The position numbers and the translations under genes are program-made. The notes beneath the pieces are model-generated. The model worked only from the letters and a program-made list of their open reading frames with translations, was not told where the DNA came from and did no database searches. From contig CAYJOT010000001.1 of assembly GCA_964371935.1 (NCBI GenBank), positions 50,730 to 105,494 on the forward strand: 54,765 nt of DNA. Direction: 5' to 3'. The stretch's first letter is position 1, and every line of letters begins with the position of its first letter. Positions 8,560-17,138 of this stretch are shown piece by piece. Source of the DNA: an uncultured Candidatus Saccharibacteria bacterium (lineage in GTDB: Bacteria > Patescibacteriota > Minisyncoccia > Sungbacterales > HO2-52-23).

Positions 8560-8853
8560 CTACACTGGCAAATCCTCGAGGCGGATGTCTTCCAGATGGA
8601 TGGGTAATCCAACGGTCTCATTTTTTCCGAATCCGGCGAATTTTCGGTATGGCGCTGGCTCCTCCGACGGATGCTGGAGTTCCGGGGCTCCGGCCTGAAA
8701 CAGGTCGGAATACCCGACCGCATCATCTTCCCGCTCAATCAAGCGCTCATACTCAGCAAAAGACATCACAACCAAATCCGGCTCCCCGTTCTCGACAAAA
8801 ATAAACTTGTCGCCGTTCTTCTTAACTAAATTTTTGATTTTCGTGAGGTCCAT
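8560..8853 (-). CDS. Phd/YefM-like antitoxin-fold protein with an acidic/proline-rich tail
   Basis: N-terminus ...FIFVENGEPDLVVMSFAEYERLIE is typical of Phd/YefM. There is no adjacent toxin. Confidence 0.5.
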   Translation of the reverse strand: MDLTKIKNLVKKNGDKFIFVENGEPDLVVMSFAEYERLIEREDDAVGYSDLFQAGAPELQHPSEEPAPYRKFAGFGKNETVGLPIHLEDIRLEDLPV

Positions 8854-8936
8854 AGAAAATCACATAACACGTAAAACATAAAACGATAAAACCTGATTCA
8901 TTTTTGTTCTACGTTCTATGTGTGCTACGTTTATCG
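8854..8936. repeat. AT-rich imperfect hairpin in the fusA-downstream spacer
   Basis: CGTAAAACATAAAACGATAAAAC faces GTTCTACGTTCTATGTGTGCTACGTTTATCG. The mismatches become G.U pairs in the minus-strand RNA. Confidence 0.4.
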
Positions 8937-11054
8937 TTATTTCTTCCCCTCTATAATCTGCTGGGCAACGTTGTGGGGCACTTCCTCGTATCGGTCAAAC
9001 TCCATAGTAGAGGACGCGCGTCCTTGAGTCAAGGACCGAAGCGTGGTCACGTATCCGAACATTTCGGACAACGGCACTTTGGCGGAAATGACCTTAATGC
9101 CCATGCCGCGATCATCCATGGCCTCAATGCGGCTGCGTTTGGAATTTAAATCCCCGGTTACTTCGCCCAAAAACTGCTCCGGCACCACTACCTCGATATT
9201 CATAATTGGCTCAAGCAAAACAAGTCCGGCGCGCTTGGTCACCTCCTGCAAACACATGGAGCCCGCAATCTTGAACGCAGCCTCGGATGAATCAACTTCG
9301 TGGTATGATCCGTCATAGAGCGTGATCTGCACATCCACCACCGGGTAGCCGGCAAGCACGCCGCGCTCAAGCGCCTCTTTCACACCTTTCTCAACCGCTG
9401 GAATATATTCCTGCGGTATCACGCCTCCCTTGATTGCATTTACAAATTCAAATCCCTTGCCTGCTCCAAGCGGCTCGGCCCGCAACCGCACATGACCATA
9501 TTGTCCGCGCCCGCCTGATTGCTTGATGTACTTGCCTTCGGCTTCGGCCTCTTTCTTGATGGTCTCGCGATACGCCACCTGGGGCCTGCCCACATTGGCC
9601 TCTACGCTAAACTCGCGCTTCATGCGATCCACCAAAATTTCCAGATGCAATTCGCCCATGCCCGAGATAATAGTATCGCCGGTTTCCAGGTCTCCTTTAA
9701 TCCGGAATGTCGGGTCCTCCTGGCTTAATCTGCGCAAGGCTATGCCCATTTTTTCCTGGTCTGCTTTGGTTTTTGGCTCGATTTTTAAAGACACGACCGG
9801 CTCCGGAAACTCAATTCTTTCAAGCACAATCGGGTGCTCCGGATCACAGATCGTATCGCCGGTATAGGTGTTTTTAAGCCCGACAATCGCGCCGATATTG
9901 CCCGCGCTGATCTCTTTCAATTCCTCGCGCGTATTTGCGTGCATGCGCAAAATTCTGCCCACGCGTTCCTGATCTCCTTTGGTTGCGTTCAACACATACG
10001 ACCCGGCTTTTAAGGTTCCGGAGTACACCCGAAAGAAAGTCAGCTGTCCCACATACGGATCGGACTGGAGCTTAAAGGCAAGCCCGGCAAACGGCGCATC
10101 ATCAGACGCGGCGCGATCTTCCTCAAGTCCGGTCTTTTCACTCATGCCTTTAACCGGCGGCAGATCAGACGGCGACGGCAGATAATCAATCACGCCGTCA
10201 AGCACCAGCTGCACGCCCTTATTTTTCAAAGCCGAACCCGCAAATACTGGCACAAGCTTGTTGGACAATGTGGCGCTGCGAAGCGCTTTCCGCAATTCCA
10301 ATATCGAAATTTCTTTTCCCTCAAGATATTGCTCGGTCAAAACATTATCGGTTTCCGCGATTTTTTCCACCATGTTATGGTGCCATTTTTCTGCTGTTTC
10401 TTTGAGCGCCGCGGAAATGTCCGATAATACCAGCTGCTCGCCATGCTCGCCGTTAAAAGACACTGCTTTCATTCGCATCAAGTCAATCACGCCCTCGTGC
10501 TCCTGCTCGTGTCCGATAGGCAGCGTTACCGGAACCGCATTTGGCGTAAGCCGTTCATAAATGGACTGCAGCGAGCGCTCAAACGACGCACCAATGCGAT
10601 CGAGCTTGTTGATAAAACAAATTCGCGGCACGCCAAATTTATCCGCTTGGCGCCACACAGTCTCGCTCTGGGGCTCCACGCCCGCAACGCCATCAAACAC
10701 CACCACCGCGCCATCAAGTACGCGCAAGCTACGCTGCACTTCAACCGTAAAGTCAATATGCCCCGGAGTGTCAATGATATTGAACCGATACTCGTTTTCC
10801 TTTCTGTCCCGTTCTTCATCGGAGAGATAGGTCTTTCGCCAAAACGCCGTGGTTGCCGCAGCCGTAATCGTAATCCCACGCTCCCGCTCCTGCTCCATCC
10901 AGTCCATAACCGTATCGCCCGTATGCACCTCCCCGATCTTGTGCGAAACCCCGGTATAAAAAAGCACTCGCTCCGTAGTGGTGGTCTTTCCCGCATCAAT
11001 GTGCGCGATAATCCCGATATTGCGTATTTTTTCTATGGGGTATTCGGCAGACAT
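8937..11054 (-). CDS. fusA: Elongation factor G
   Basis: 705 aa with [15 protein letters not shown] and DTPGHIDF motifs. Confidence 0.98.
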   Translation of the reverse strand: MSAEYPIEKIRNIGIIAHIDAGKTTTTERVLFYTGVSHKIGEVHTGDTVMDWMEQERERGITITAAATTAFWRKTYLSDEERDRKENEYRFNIIDTPGHIDFTVEVQRSLRVLDGAVVVFDGVAGVEPQSETVWRQADKFGVPRICFINKLDRIGASFERSLQSIYERLTPNAVPVTLPIGHEQEHEGVIDLMRMKAVSFNGEHGEQLVLSDISAALKETAEKWHHNMVEKIAETDNVLTEQYLEGKEISILELRKALRSATLSNKLVPVFAGSALKNKGVQLVLDGVIDYLPSPSDLPPVKGMSEKTGLEEDRAASDDAPFAGLAFKLQSDPYVGQLTFFRVYSGTLKAGSYVLNATKGDQERVGRILRMHANTREELKEISAGNIGAIVGLKNTYTGDTICDPEHPIVLERIEFPEPVVSLKIEPKTKADQEKMGIALRRLSQEDPTFRIKGDLETGDTIISGMGELHLEILVDRMKREFSVEANVGRPQVAYRETIKKEAEAEGKYIKQSGGRGQYGHVRLRAEPLGAGKGFEFVNAIKGGVIPQEYIPAVEKGVKEALERGVLAGYPVVDVQITLYDGSYHEVDSSEAAFKIAGSMCLQEVTKRAGLVLLEPIMNIEVVVPEQFLGEVTGDLNSKRSRIEAMDDRGMGIKVISAKVPLSEMFGYVTTLRSLTQGRASSTMEFDRYEEVPHNVAQQIIEGKK

Positions 11055-11056
11055 AT

Positions 11057-11464
11057 TTATTTTCTTGCAATAAGATCAAAGGTCTTTTTATATTTTTCAA
11101 ACGTAACTTTATAGTTATCAAAAAATCCGCGCTGACCAAGCAGGCCGTCAAAGCTGGGAAGTTTGAGAATTGCGCATTCAATCAGAAATTCACGACGATC
11201 ATCTACCAGTCGTATTTTAATGGGATGCCGATATCCGGTCACGATGCCGCCCACACCTGCATATTCGTGCTTCTTCCCGCTCTCAATGTCAATGCCCAAC
11301 GCCGCTCCGATCTCCCAATGGAGCAATGTGTCCGATGCACCGGAGTCAACAAGACCAAACACCGGAATTTCCAATCCATTTTTCGGATTAGAAAACATTA
11401 CAGGTACCCGCGGTACCTGCTCAAATCCATAAGCGGTAAGCCGAGTGTCATAGCGAAATTGCAT
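11057..11464 (-). CDS. Retropepsin-like (clan AA) aspartic protease, cassette copy A
   Basis: About 135 aa from MQFRYD, the same start as paralog 39681-40097. It has the active-site motif [11 protein letters not shown] and C-terminal [13 protein letters not shown]. Its stop is 2 nt before the fusA start. Confidence 0.75.
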   Translation of the reverse strand: MQFRYDTRLTAYGFEQVPRVPVMFSNPKNGLEIPVFGLVDSGASDTLLHWEIGAALGIDIESGKKHEYAGVGGIVTGYRHPIKIRLVDDRREFLIECAILKLPSFDGLLGQRGFFDNYKVTFEKYKKTFDLIARK

Positions 11465-11651
11465 ACGGCGCAAGAGATACGGATGACGGCGGCACAAGAT
11501 GAAAGACGTAATTTTTCAAGCGCTTCTTCTCAACAAGTTCTTTCACTTCTTGCAGCGTACTCCCTGCACCCACTACTTTACCGCTCACCAAAGCCACCCA
11601 TTTCCGCTCATATTTTTTTATTGACTTTGCGTACACTTTTTCTTTTTTCAT
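11448..11651 (-). CDS. Small cassette partner protein, copy A
   Basis: 67 aa. It overlaps the protease start by 17 nt. It is a paralog of 40097-40282, sharing EKVYAK, KWVALV and NYVFH.VPP..SLAP. Confidence 0.6.
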   Translation of the reverse strand: MKKEKVYAKSIKKYERKWVALVSGKVVGAGSTLQEVKELVEKKRLKNYVFHLVPPSSVSLAPYAISL

Positions 11652-11663
11652 ATTCTTAGTTTA

Positions 11664-11861
11664 TCAGAGTAAAACCAACGAGTCCCGCGCCTCTTTCAAC
11701 GCCCGCTTTGCATTCTCAATTTCCCAGTGCCGTTGCATCTCACGCTTATACTCTTTCGGATCAACGACAACCAGCCGCCGCGAGGACCCGCCGCGCTCCA
11801 AAATCTTTTGAGGAATTTCTATGGTGATTGTTGCCATGCTGTTCTTAATATCATAAAACAA
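11664..11861 (-). CDS. Hypothetical small protein (alternative start MATITIEIP at 11837)
   Basis: ORF only; it could be a ribbon-helix-helix/antitoxin-like protein but I cannot support that. Confidence 0.35.
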   Translation of the reverse strand: MFYDIKNSMATITIEIPQKILERGGSSRRLVVVDPKEYKREMQRHWEIENAKRALKEARDSLVLL

Positions 11862-11904
11862 AACCTAATGCAAGAGATAATGGGACAAAAAAATTATTGG
11901 ATCT

Positions 11905-12315
11905 TTATTTTCCGTCAAGCATTTCTCTCATTCTTTTGCGCTGATCAACAGTTAAATCATCGGGCGGAGGTGGTTCTGTCTTTTCTCTCTCTTTGATCTC
12001 TTTTGAATACTCAATAGATTTGTCAACCATATCAAAAAAATCTTTGAGCGTGATGGTTTCACCAGAGATGGGGTGAACAATTTGTGTGATATTCTTCTCA
12101 CTGGCGAATTTTCTCATCCTATCGAGCATCCCTTGAACATGCCCAACATCCCACCAATATCGTATATTGTTCGGTTTCTCGACAACAAAACGAGGAAGGT
12201 CGCTCACATCGGAAAACCCATCATACATATGTGCAAGCTCAAATATAGGATTTAATTCCTCTCCTTTTTCTTCCTCACTACTTCTTATGAACTCTCCTGA
12301 TTCATTGATAGACAT
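11905..12315 (-). CDS. Hypothetical protein
   Basis: 136-aa ORF between rpsG and the cassette. No motif recognised. Confidence 0.45.
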   Translation of the reverse strand: MSINESGEFIRSSEEEKGEELNPIFELAHMYDGFSDVSDLPRFVVEKPNNIRYWWDVGHVQGMLDRMRKFASEKNITQIVHPISGETITLKDFFDMVDKSIEYSKEIKEREKTEPPPPDDLTVDQRKRMREMLDGK

Positions 12316-12350
12316 ATTTTTTATTGTTTACGCGTACCGCCACAATACCA

Positions 12351-12818
12351 TCACCAACTAAAATGCGCAAACGCTTTGTTGGCTTCGGCCATGCGGTGGG
12401 TGTCCATGCGCTTCTTGATCGCGGTGCCTTCGTTTTTGGAGGCGAGCATCATTTCTTCGGCTAGTTTCTTGTGCATGGGTTTGCCTTTTTTGGCGCGGCT
12501 GGCGCCCAAAAGCCAGCGGCAGGCAAGCGCAAACTTCCGCTCTCCCCGCACCTCGCGCGGCACCTGGTAGGTAGCGCCTCCGATGCGCCGGGACTTTACC
12601 TCAACCGTGGGCCCTATATTTTCTATCACTTTGTCGAAGAGCGCAATCGGTTCTTGCTTGTACTGCTCCTGCAAAACATCAAAGGTCTGATATACCACTC
12701 GTTGCGCGGTTGATTTCTTTCCTTTTTTCATCACGTAGTTAATAAATTTCGCAACCGTAACGCTCCCGTACTTCTGATCGGGCTGAATTTCTCGTACAAA
12801 TTTATGTTTTCTTCTCAT
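12351..12818 (-). CDS. rpsG: 30S ribosomal protein S7
   Basis: 155 aa; KFINYVMKKGKKSTAQ ... EVKSRRIGGATYQVP is S7-like. Confidence 0.97.
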   Translation of the reverse strand: MRRKHKFVREIQPDQKYGSVTVAKFINYVMKKGKKSTAQRVVYQTFDVLQEQYKQEPIALFDKVIENIGPTVEVKSRRIGGATYQVPREVRGERKFALACRWLLGASRAKKGKPMHKKLAEEMMLASKNEGTAIKKRMDTHRMAEANKAFAHFSW

Positions 12819-12877
12819 AACAAGATACTAATATACAAATATATGCGAATCTACAAATAGCTACGAATGGTATGATT

Positions 12878-13291
12878 TTATTTTTTCTGCCGTTTCGCTC
12901 CATACTTACTCCGCTGCTGCTTCCGTCCCTCAACCCCCTGCGTATCCAAAACCCCGCGCACGATGTGGTAGCGCACGCCCGGCAAGTCCTTGACGCGTCC
13001 GCCGCGAATCATGACCACCGAGTGCTCCTGCAGATTATGCCCCTCCCCGGGAATGTACGCCGTCACCTCCATGCCGTTGGTCAGCCGCACGCGCGCCACT
13101 TTGCGCAAAGCAGAGTTTGGTTTTTTCGGCGTCATGGTGGTCACCTTCACGCACACCCCCCGCTTAAACGGCGAAGCATACAACACTGGCCGGTTTTTGA
13201 GCACGTTAAATCCCCGCGCAAGAGCAGGCGCCTTTGTTTTATACTTTCGAACAACCCGTCCGCGCTTAATAAGCTGGTGAATGGTAGACAT
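12878..13291 (-). CDS. rpsL: 30S ribosomal protein S12
   Basis: ORF 12878-13315. The S12-type start [12 protein letters not shown] is at the internal Met (13291). [10 protein letters not shown] motif present. Confidence 0.95.
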   Translation of the reverse strand: MSTIHQLIKRGRVVRKYKTKAPALARGFNVLKNRPVLYASPFKRGVCVKVTTMTPKKPNSALRKVARVRLTNGMEVTAYIPGEGHNLQEHSVVMIRGGRVKDLPGVRYHIVRGVLDTQGVEGRKQQRSKYGAKRQKK

Positions 13292-13375
13292 AGAACAACA
13301 GGAAAAGAATAGCAAACATTCGCTTTTTCGTCAAACCAAAAAATAAAAAGCCCACCAATGATATGCCACATAATC

Positions 13376-13413
13376 TACCAAAAATATTATCCGATAGGTA
13401 TAAATTTTTGGTA
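13376..13413. repeat. 38-nt REP-like hairpin, copy 1 (TACCAAAAAT-N18-ATTTTTGGTA with conserved loop CCGATAGGTATA)
   Basis: 10-bp perfect arms. Very similar copies lie at 31765-31802 (same orientation) and 32414-32451 (inverted). Confidence 0.65.
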
Positions 13414-13424
13414 ATATACGACTT

Positions 13425-14069
13425 TCAAAAAATCGGCATGCTCCCAGTAATCAGCCGAAAGAGCAAAAGTACGATCGGCAGGAGAAAACCCGAGAAAAAG
13501 AAGATGAAGATCAGCAGCATGATAAATCCGTACTGGGTGAGAAAGGTTTCTACCTCGTGCCATCGGTACGGAAGCAACGCAAACAAAACTTTGGAGCCGT
13601 CAAGCGGCGGGATGGGCACGAGGTTGAAAAGCGCCAGAACAAGATTGAGCACGGCAATGGTGCTTGCGATGGTCAGAAAATTGAACAAGAATGTGCCGGT
13701 CATATTATTTTGCAGTGTCGGCACAAAACGCACGAACAGTCCGAATGCGAGCGCAAGCGAAAGGTTTGCGGCAGGCCCGGCAGCGCCTACGATCGCCGGA
13801 CCCCACTTTTGATTTTTGAGATTATGCGGATTGTACGGCACCGGTTTCGCCCAACCGATAATCGGCATCTGGAAAAACGCGAGGAGTGCGGGCAGCAGGA
13901 TTGAGCCAAACGGATCAAGATGGCTGACCGGATTCAGAGTCAGGCGTCCCGCGTATTTGGCAGTACGATCCCCCAATGCTAAGGCCGCATAGCCGTGCGC
14001 CACTTCGTGGATCACCACCGAAAACAGAATAATCAATATCTGAAAAATCACCTGGATTGCATTTTCCAT
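13425..14069 (-). CDS. Site-2 protease family (peptidase M50) membrane metalloprotease
   Basis: HEVAHG zinc motif in the first TM segment, multiple hydrophobic helices, and an LDG motif. Confidence 0.85.
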   Translation of the reverse strand: MENAIQVIFQILIILFSVVIHEVAHGYAALALGDRTAKYAGRLTLNPVSHLDPFGSILLPALLAFFQMPIIGWAKPVPYNPHNLKNQKWGPAIVGAAGPAANLSLALAFGLFVRFVPTLQNNMTGTFLFNFLTIASTIAVLNLVLALFNLVPIPPLDGSKVLFALLPYRWHEVETFLTQYGFIMLLIFIFFFSGFLLPIVLLLFRLITGSMPIF

Positions 14070-14093
14070 GAAAAAATGTTAGAGTGGTCGCAT

Positions 14094-14282
14094 ATGGCAA
14101 ACACCTGTACCATCTGCGGCAAAGGATCGGTCAAGGGCGGCGCACGTTCGTTCCTCCGCAGCCATTATAACCCAACCGCATCGGTTCGCAAACGCCCCAA
14201 CCTCCAATGGGGCAAACTTGACAATGGCACACGCGCCAAAATGTGCGCCAAGTGCTTGAAAATACGCTCGAAAAAATCCTAA
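14094..14282 (+). CDS. rpmB: 50S ribosomal protein L28
   Basis: The internal Met of ORF 13995-14282 gives MANTCTICGKGSVKGGARS...HYNPT, which is L28-like. Confidence 0.85.
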   Translation: MANTCTICGKGSVKGGARSFLRSHYNPTASVRKRPNLQWGKLDNGTRAKMCAKCLKIRSKKS

Positions 14283-14298
14283 CTATCTTTTGTTCCTC

Positions 14299-15816
14299 AT
14301 GAAGATCATTGCTCTTCCGTACCAGGACGCGGTGCGGAAAAAAAATATATTTATTCCGCTTTTTAAGGAAGACCGCCTTGCGGGGCAGGAAATTTTTTCG
14401 TATCTGCCTGCTGCGGTGAAAACTGCGGTCGCGAAACTCACAAAGGAAGAATTCAGGGGCGAAGAGGGAGAGACAAAATCCGTGTGGTTCCCGGGCGGGA
14501 CCATCAGGCGCGTGCGGTTGTTCGGGCTTGGAGAGAAATCAAAATGGAATCCGCGACGGACGCAGGTCATTGCACGAACTTTTGTGCGCTATGCCAAAAG
14601 CGAGAGAATAGAAGAGTTTGCTACTCCGATACCAGTATTCCAGACTAAGTCTGGAACGGCTATTCCAGACTTAGTCTGGAATACGAGGATATTCGCCGAA
14701 AACGCGCTGATGGCGGATTTTGAATTCAACGCGTACCGGCAAAAACCAAAAGACGGCTGGCCTGAAGTGAAAACGCTCTATCTTGCCGGAGACGAAAAAA
14801 ACCTGGCCGACATGGATGCCGGGATACGCGAGGGCATGATTATCGGCGAGGAGGTGAACGCGTGCCGGCATCTGGCAAACACTCCAGGCAGCGATATGAC
14901 ACCGACCCTGCTCGCGAAAGCGGCGCGCAACTCTGCTGCTGGCAAAAAAATCCGCATCCGCGTGATGGAAGAAGCGGAAATGAAGCGTTTGCAGATGGGC
15001 GGTATTTTGGGAGTGGCAGCCGGTTCGGATGAAAAACCAAAATTAATTATCCTTGAATACCTTGCCGGACCCAAAAACCAGAAACCCCTCGTAATCGCCG
15101 GCAAGGGCGTTACGTTTGACTCGGGCGGGCTCAATATCAAGCCCCACCCGCACATGTACGAGATGCACATGGATATGTCCGGCGGCGCTGCGGTCATCCA
15201 CGGAATTGCGGCAATTGCGCGACTTAAACTCCCCGTCAATGTTTTTGGTATTATTCCGGCAGTTGAGAACATGCCGTCAGGTTCAAGCTACCGTCCGGGG
15301 GACTTGCTCAAGACCCACTCGGGAAAAGTTATCGAGGTCTTGAACACGGACGCAGAAGGTCGCGTGATCCTGGCAGATGCCTTGAGTTACGGCGCCAAGA
15401 AATACAAGCCCGGGCTGCTCATAGATTTTGCAACGCTGACCGGAGCCAGCCACGCGGCGCTCGGCCACCACTGCTCGGCGATTTTTACCCAAGATGAAAA
15501 ACTCCAGCAGCATCTTGTTGAGATCGGAAACACATCAGGCGATTATGTGTGGCCGCTCCCCTTGTGGGACGAATATTTGCCCGAGATCAAAGCCACATTC
15601 GGCGACCTTGCTAATATCAGCCCGAGCAACGACCGCTCCGGCGGCGCTATTCACGGCGCAAAATTTCTGGAGCAATTTGCCGAAGGTGCCCGATTCGCCC
15701 ACGTTGACATTGCTCCCCGCATGACCACCACTGACTCCGACTGCATGAGCAAAGGCGCATCCGGAGTCGGGGTAAGGTTTATCGTTGAGTTGGCAAAGGC
15801 GTATCCGGAGTTATAG
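14299..15816 (+). CDS. pepA: Leucyl aminopeptidase (M17 family)
   Basis: C-terminal catalytic domain motifs GKGVTFDSGG, NTDAEGR and ATLTGA. The ATG at 14299 is preferred over the TTG at 14290. Confidence 0.9.
   Translation: MKIIALPYQDAVRKKNIFIPLFKEDRLAGQEIFSYLPAAVKTAVAKLTKEEFRGEEGETKSVWFPGGTIRRVRLFGLGEKSKWNPRRTQVIARTFVRYAKSERIEEFATPIPVFQTKSGTAIPDLVWNTRIFAENALMADFEFNAYRQKPKDGWPEVKTLYLAGDEKNLADMDAGIREGMIIGEEVNACRHLANTPGSDMTPTLLAKAARNSAAGKKIRIRVMEEAEMKRLQMGGILGVAAGSDEKPKLIILEYLAGPKNQKPLVIAGKGVTFDSGGLNIKPHPHMYEMHMDMSGGAAVIHGIAAIARLKLPVNVFGIIPAVENMPSGSSYRPGDLLKTHSGKVIEVLNTDAEGRVILADALSYGAKKYKPGLLIDFATLTGASHAALGHHCSAIFTQDEKLQQHLVEIGNTSGDYVWPLPLWDEYLPEIKATFGDLANISPSNDRSGGAIHGAKFLEQFAEGARFAHVDIAPRMTTTDSDCMSKGASGVGVRFIVELAKAYPEL
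14635..14684. repeat. Double palindrome element inside pepA (TTCCAGACTAAGTCTGGAA ... TTCCAGACTTAGTCTGGAA)
   Basis: Two perfect 9+1+9 palindromes lie at 14638-14656 and 14663-14681. The same pair occurs at 51291-51342 in polX. Confidence 0.85.
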
Positions 15817-15826
15817 AAAGTAAAAC

Positions 15827-15897
15827 CGGGCCGTAGTATAATGGTAGTACACAAGGTCGGGGATCTTGTAGCGGGAGTTCGATTCTCCCCGGCCCGA
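15827..15897 (+). tRNA. tRNA-Pro (anticodon GGG if folded with a 7-nt loop; no encoded CCA)
   Basis: Hand fold: acceptor CGGGCCG/CGGCCCG with C1-G72 and A73 (Pro-like), T arm GGGAG-TTCGATT-CTCCC, anticodon arm CAAGG-UCGGGGA-UCUUG. Position 33 would be C, which is unusual. Confidence 0.8.
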
Positions 15898-15940
15898 AAT
15901 ATAATTTGTGCGGTATTAAACATTCTGTTATTATTAAGCC

Positions 15941-17137
15941 ATGCCAACCCAAGACGAAAACAAAATCCTTGACGCGGAAGAGCTTCGGGAAAAAATGCTG
16001 ATTGCGGCCGAGAAGGGGCGCGCATCGGACATTCATATTGATCCGACCGAAGACGCGCTGCTCATCCGGATCCGCGTTGACGGGGCGCTGCATGTCTGGG
16101 CAAAACGTCCGCTGCTTGAGCATGAGAACCTGATCTCGCATCTCAAGGTCTACAGCGGGCTCGACATTACGCGTCGCGCAACTCCCCAAGAAGGACACTT
16201 TGTCTGGAGTTCTCCTGCAACAAAACCCGAAGACGCAACTAAGAGCCGGATGTACAACGTGCGCGCCTCATTTTTCCCGACGGTTCACGGCGAGGCAGTC
16301 GCGATGCGGCTTTTCAACCGGGCTGACCTCCTGATGAAACTCTCGGACCTCGAATTCAACGACAAAGACCGTGGGCTTATTAAAAAACTCATCAACTACC
16401 CTCACGGCATGTTGCTCGTGGTGGGACCTGCCGGATCAGGCAAGACCACCACGCTCTATGCCCTGCTCACCGAACTCGCCAACGAAAGCAAAAATATCGT
16501 TACCATTGAAGACCCGGTCGAGTACACGCTGCCACTGGTGCGCCAAAGCCAGATCGATGCGGACCGGGGATACACGTTTGCCGTCGGCATCCGCTCCGTG
16601 CTGAGGCAGGACCCGGACGTGATCATGGTGGGCGAGATCCGCGACCCGGAGACCGCGGAAACCGCGGTGCGCGCCTCGCTCACGGGCAAGCTGCTTATTT
16701 CCACCCTGCATGCCAACAACAGCATAGGTGCGATCTCCCGCCTTCTTGACATGAAAATCGAGCGCGATACCCTTAGCTACGCATTGGCCGGCATTATCGG
16801 CCGCCGCTTGGTCCGCCGCATCTGCCAGCAATGCCGCATCCCCTACGCTCCGGAGGTCTCGCTCATCGAGGCAATCGGCATGACGCCTCACGACTCCTTT
16901 TCCCGTGGCGCCGGATGTGAACAGTGCGACAACACCGGATTGCACGGGCTTGTCGGCCTCTTTGAAGTGCTTGCCTTTGACGAAGAAATGAGGCGCATGA
17001 TCATCGAGGGCGCATCTGGGCAACAGCTTTTTACAGCTGTGCAGAAAAAAGGATTCCACACCCTGCAGGAAGACGGCATTGAAAAAGTGCGCGCCGGATT
17101 GGTCACGCCGGAAGAATTGCTCAAAGCAATTGCATAA
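15941..17137 (+). CDS. Type II/IV secretion (PilB/GspE-family) ATPase, short form
   Basis: Walker A GPAGSGKTTT, the Asp/His box region, and a C-terminal CxxC...CxxC tetracysteine motif. Confidence 0.85.
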   Translation: MPTQDENKILDAEELREKMLIAAEKGRASDIHIDPTEDALLIRIRVDGALHVWAKRPLLEHENLISHLKVYSGLDITRRATPQEGHFVWSSPATKPEDATKSRMYNVRASFFPTVHGEAVAMRLFNRADLLMKLSDLEFNDKDRGLIKKLINYPHGMLLVVGPAGSGKTTTLYALLTELANESKNIVTIEDPVEYTLPLVRQSQIDADRGYTFAVGIRSVLRQDPDVIMVGEIRDPETAETAVRASLTGKLLISTLHANNSIGAISRLLDMKIERDTLSYALAGIIGRRLVRRICQQCRIPYAPEVSLIEAIGMTPHDSFSRGAGCEQCDNTGLHGLVGLFEVLAFDEEMRRMIIEGASGQQLFTAVQKKGFHTLQEDGIEKVRAGLVTPEELLKAIA

Positions 17138-17138
17138 C

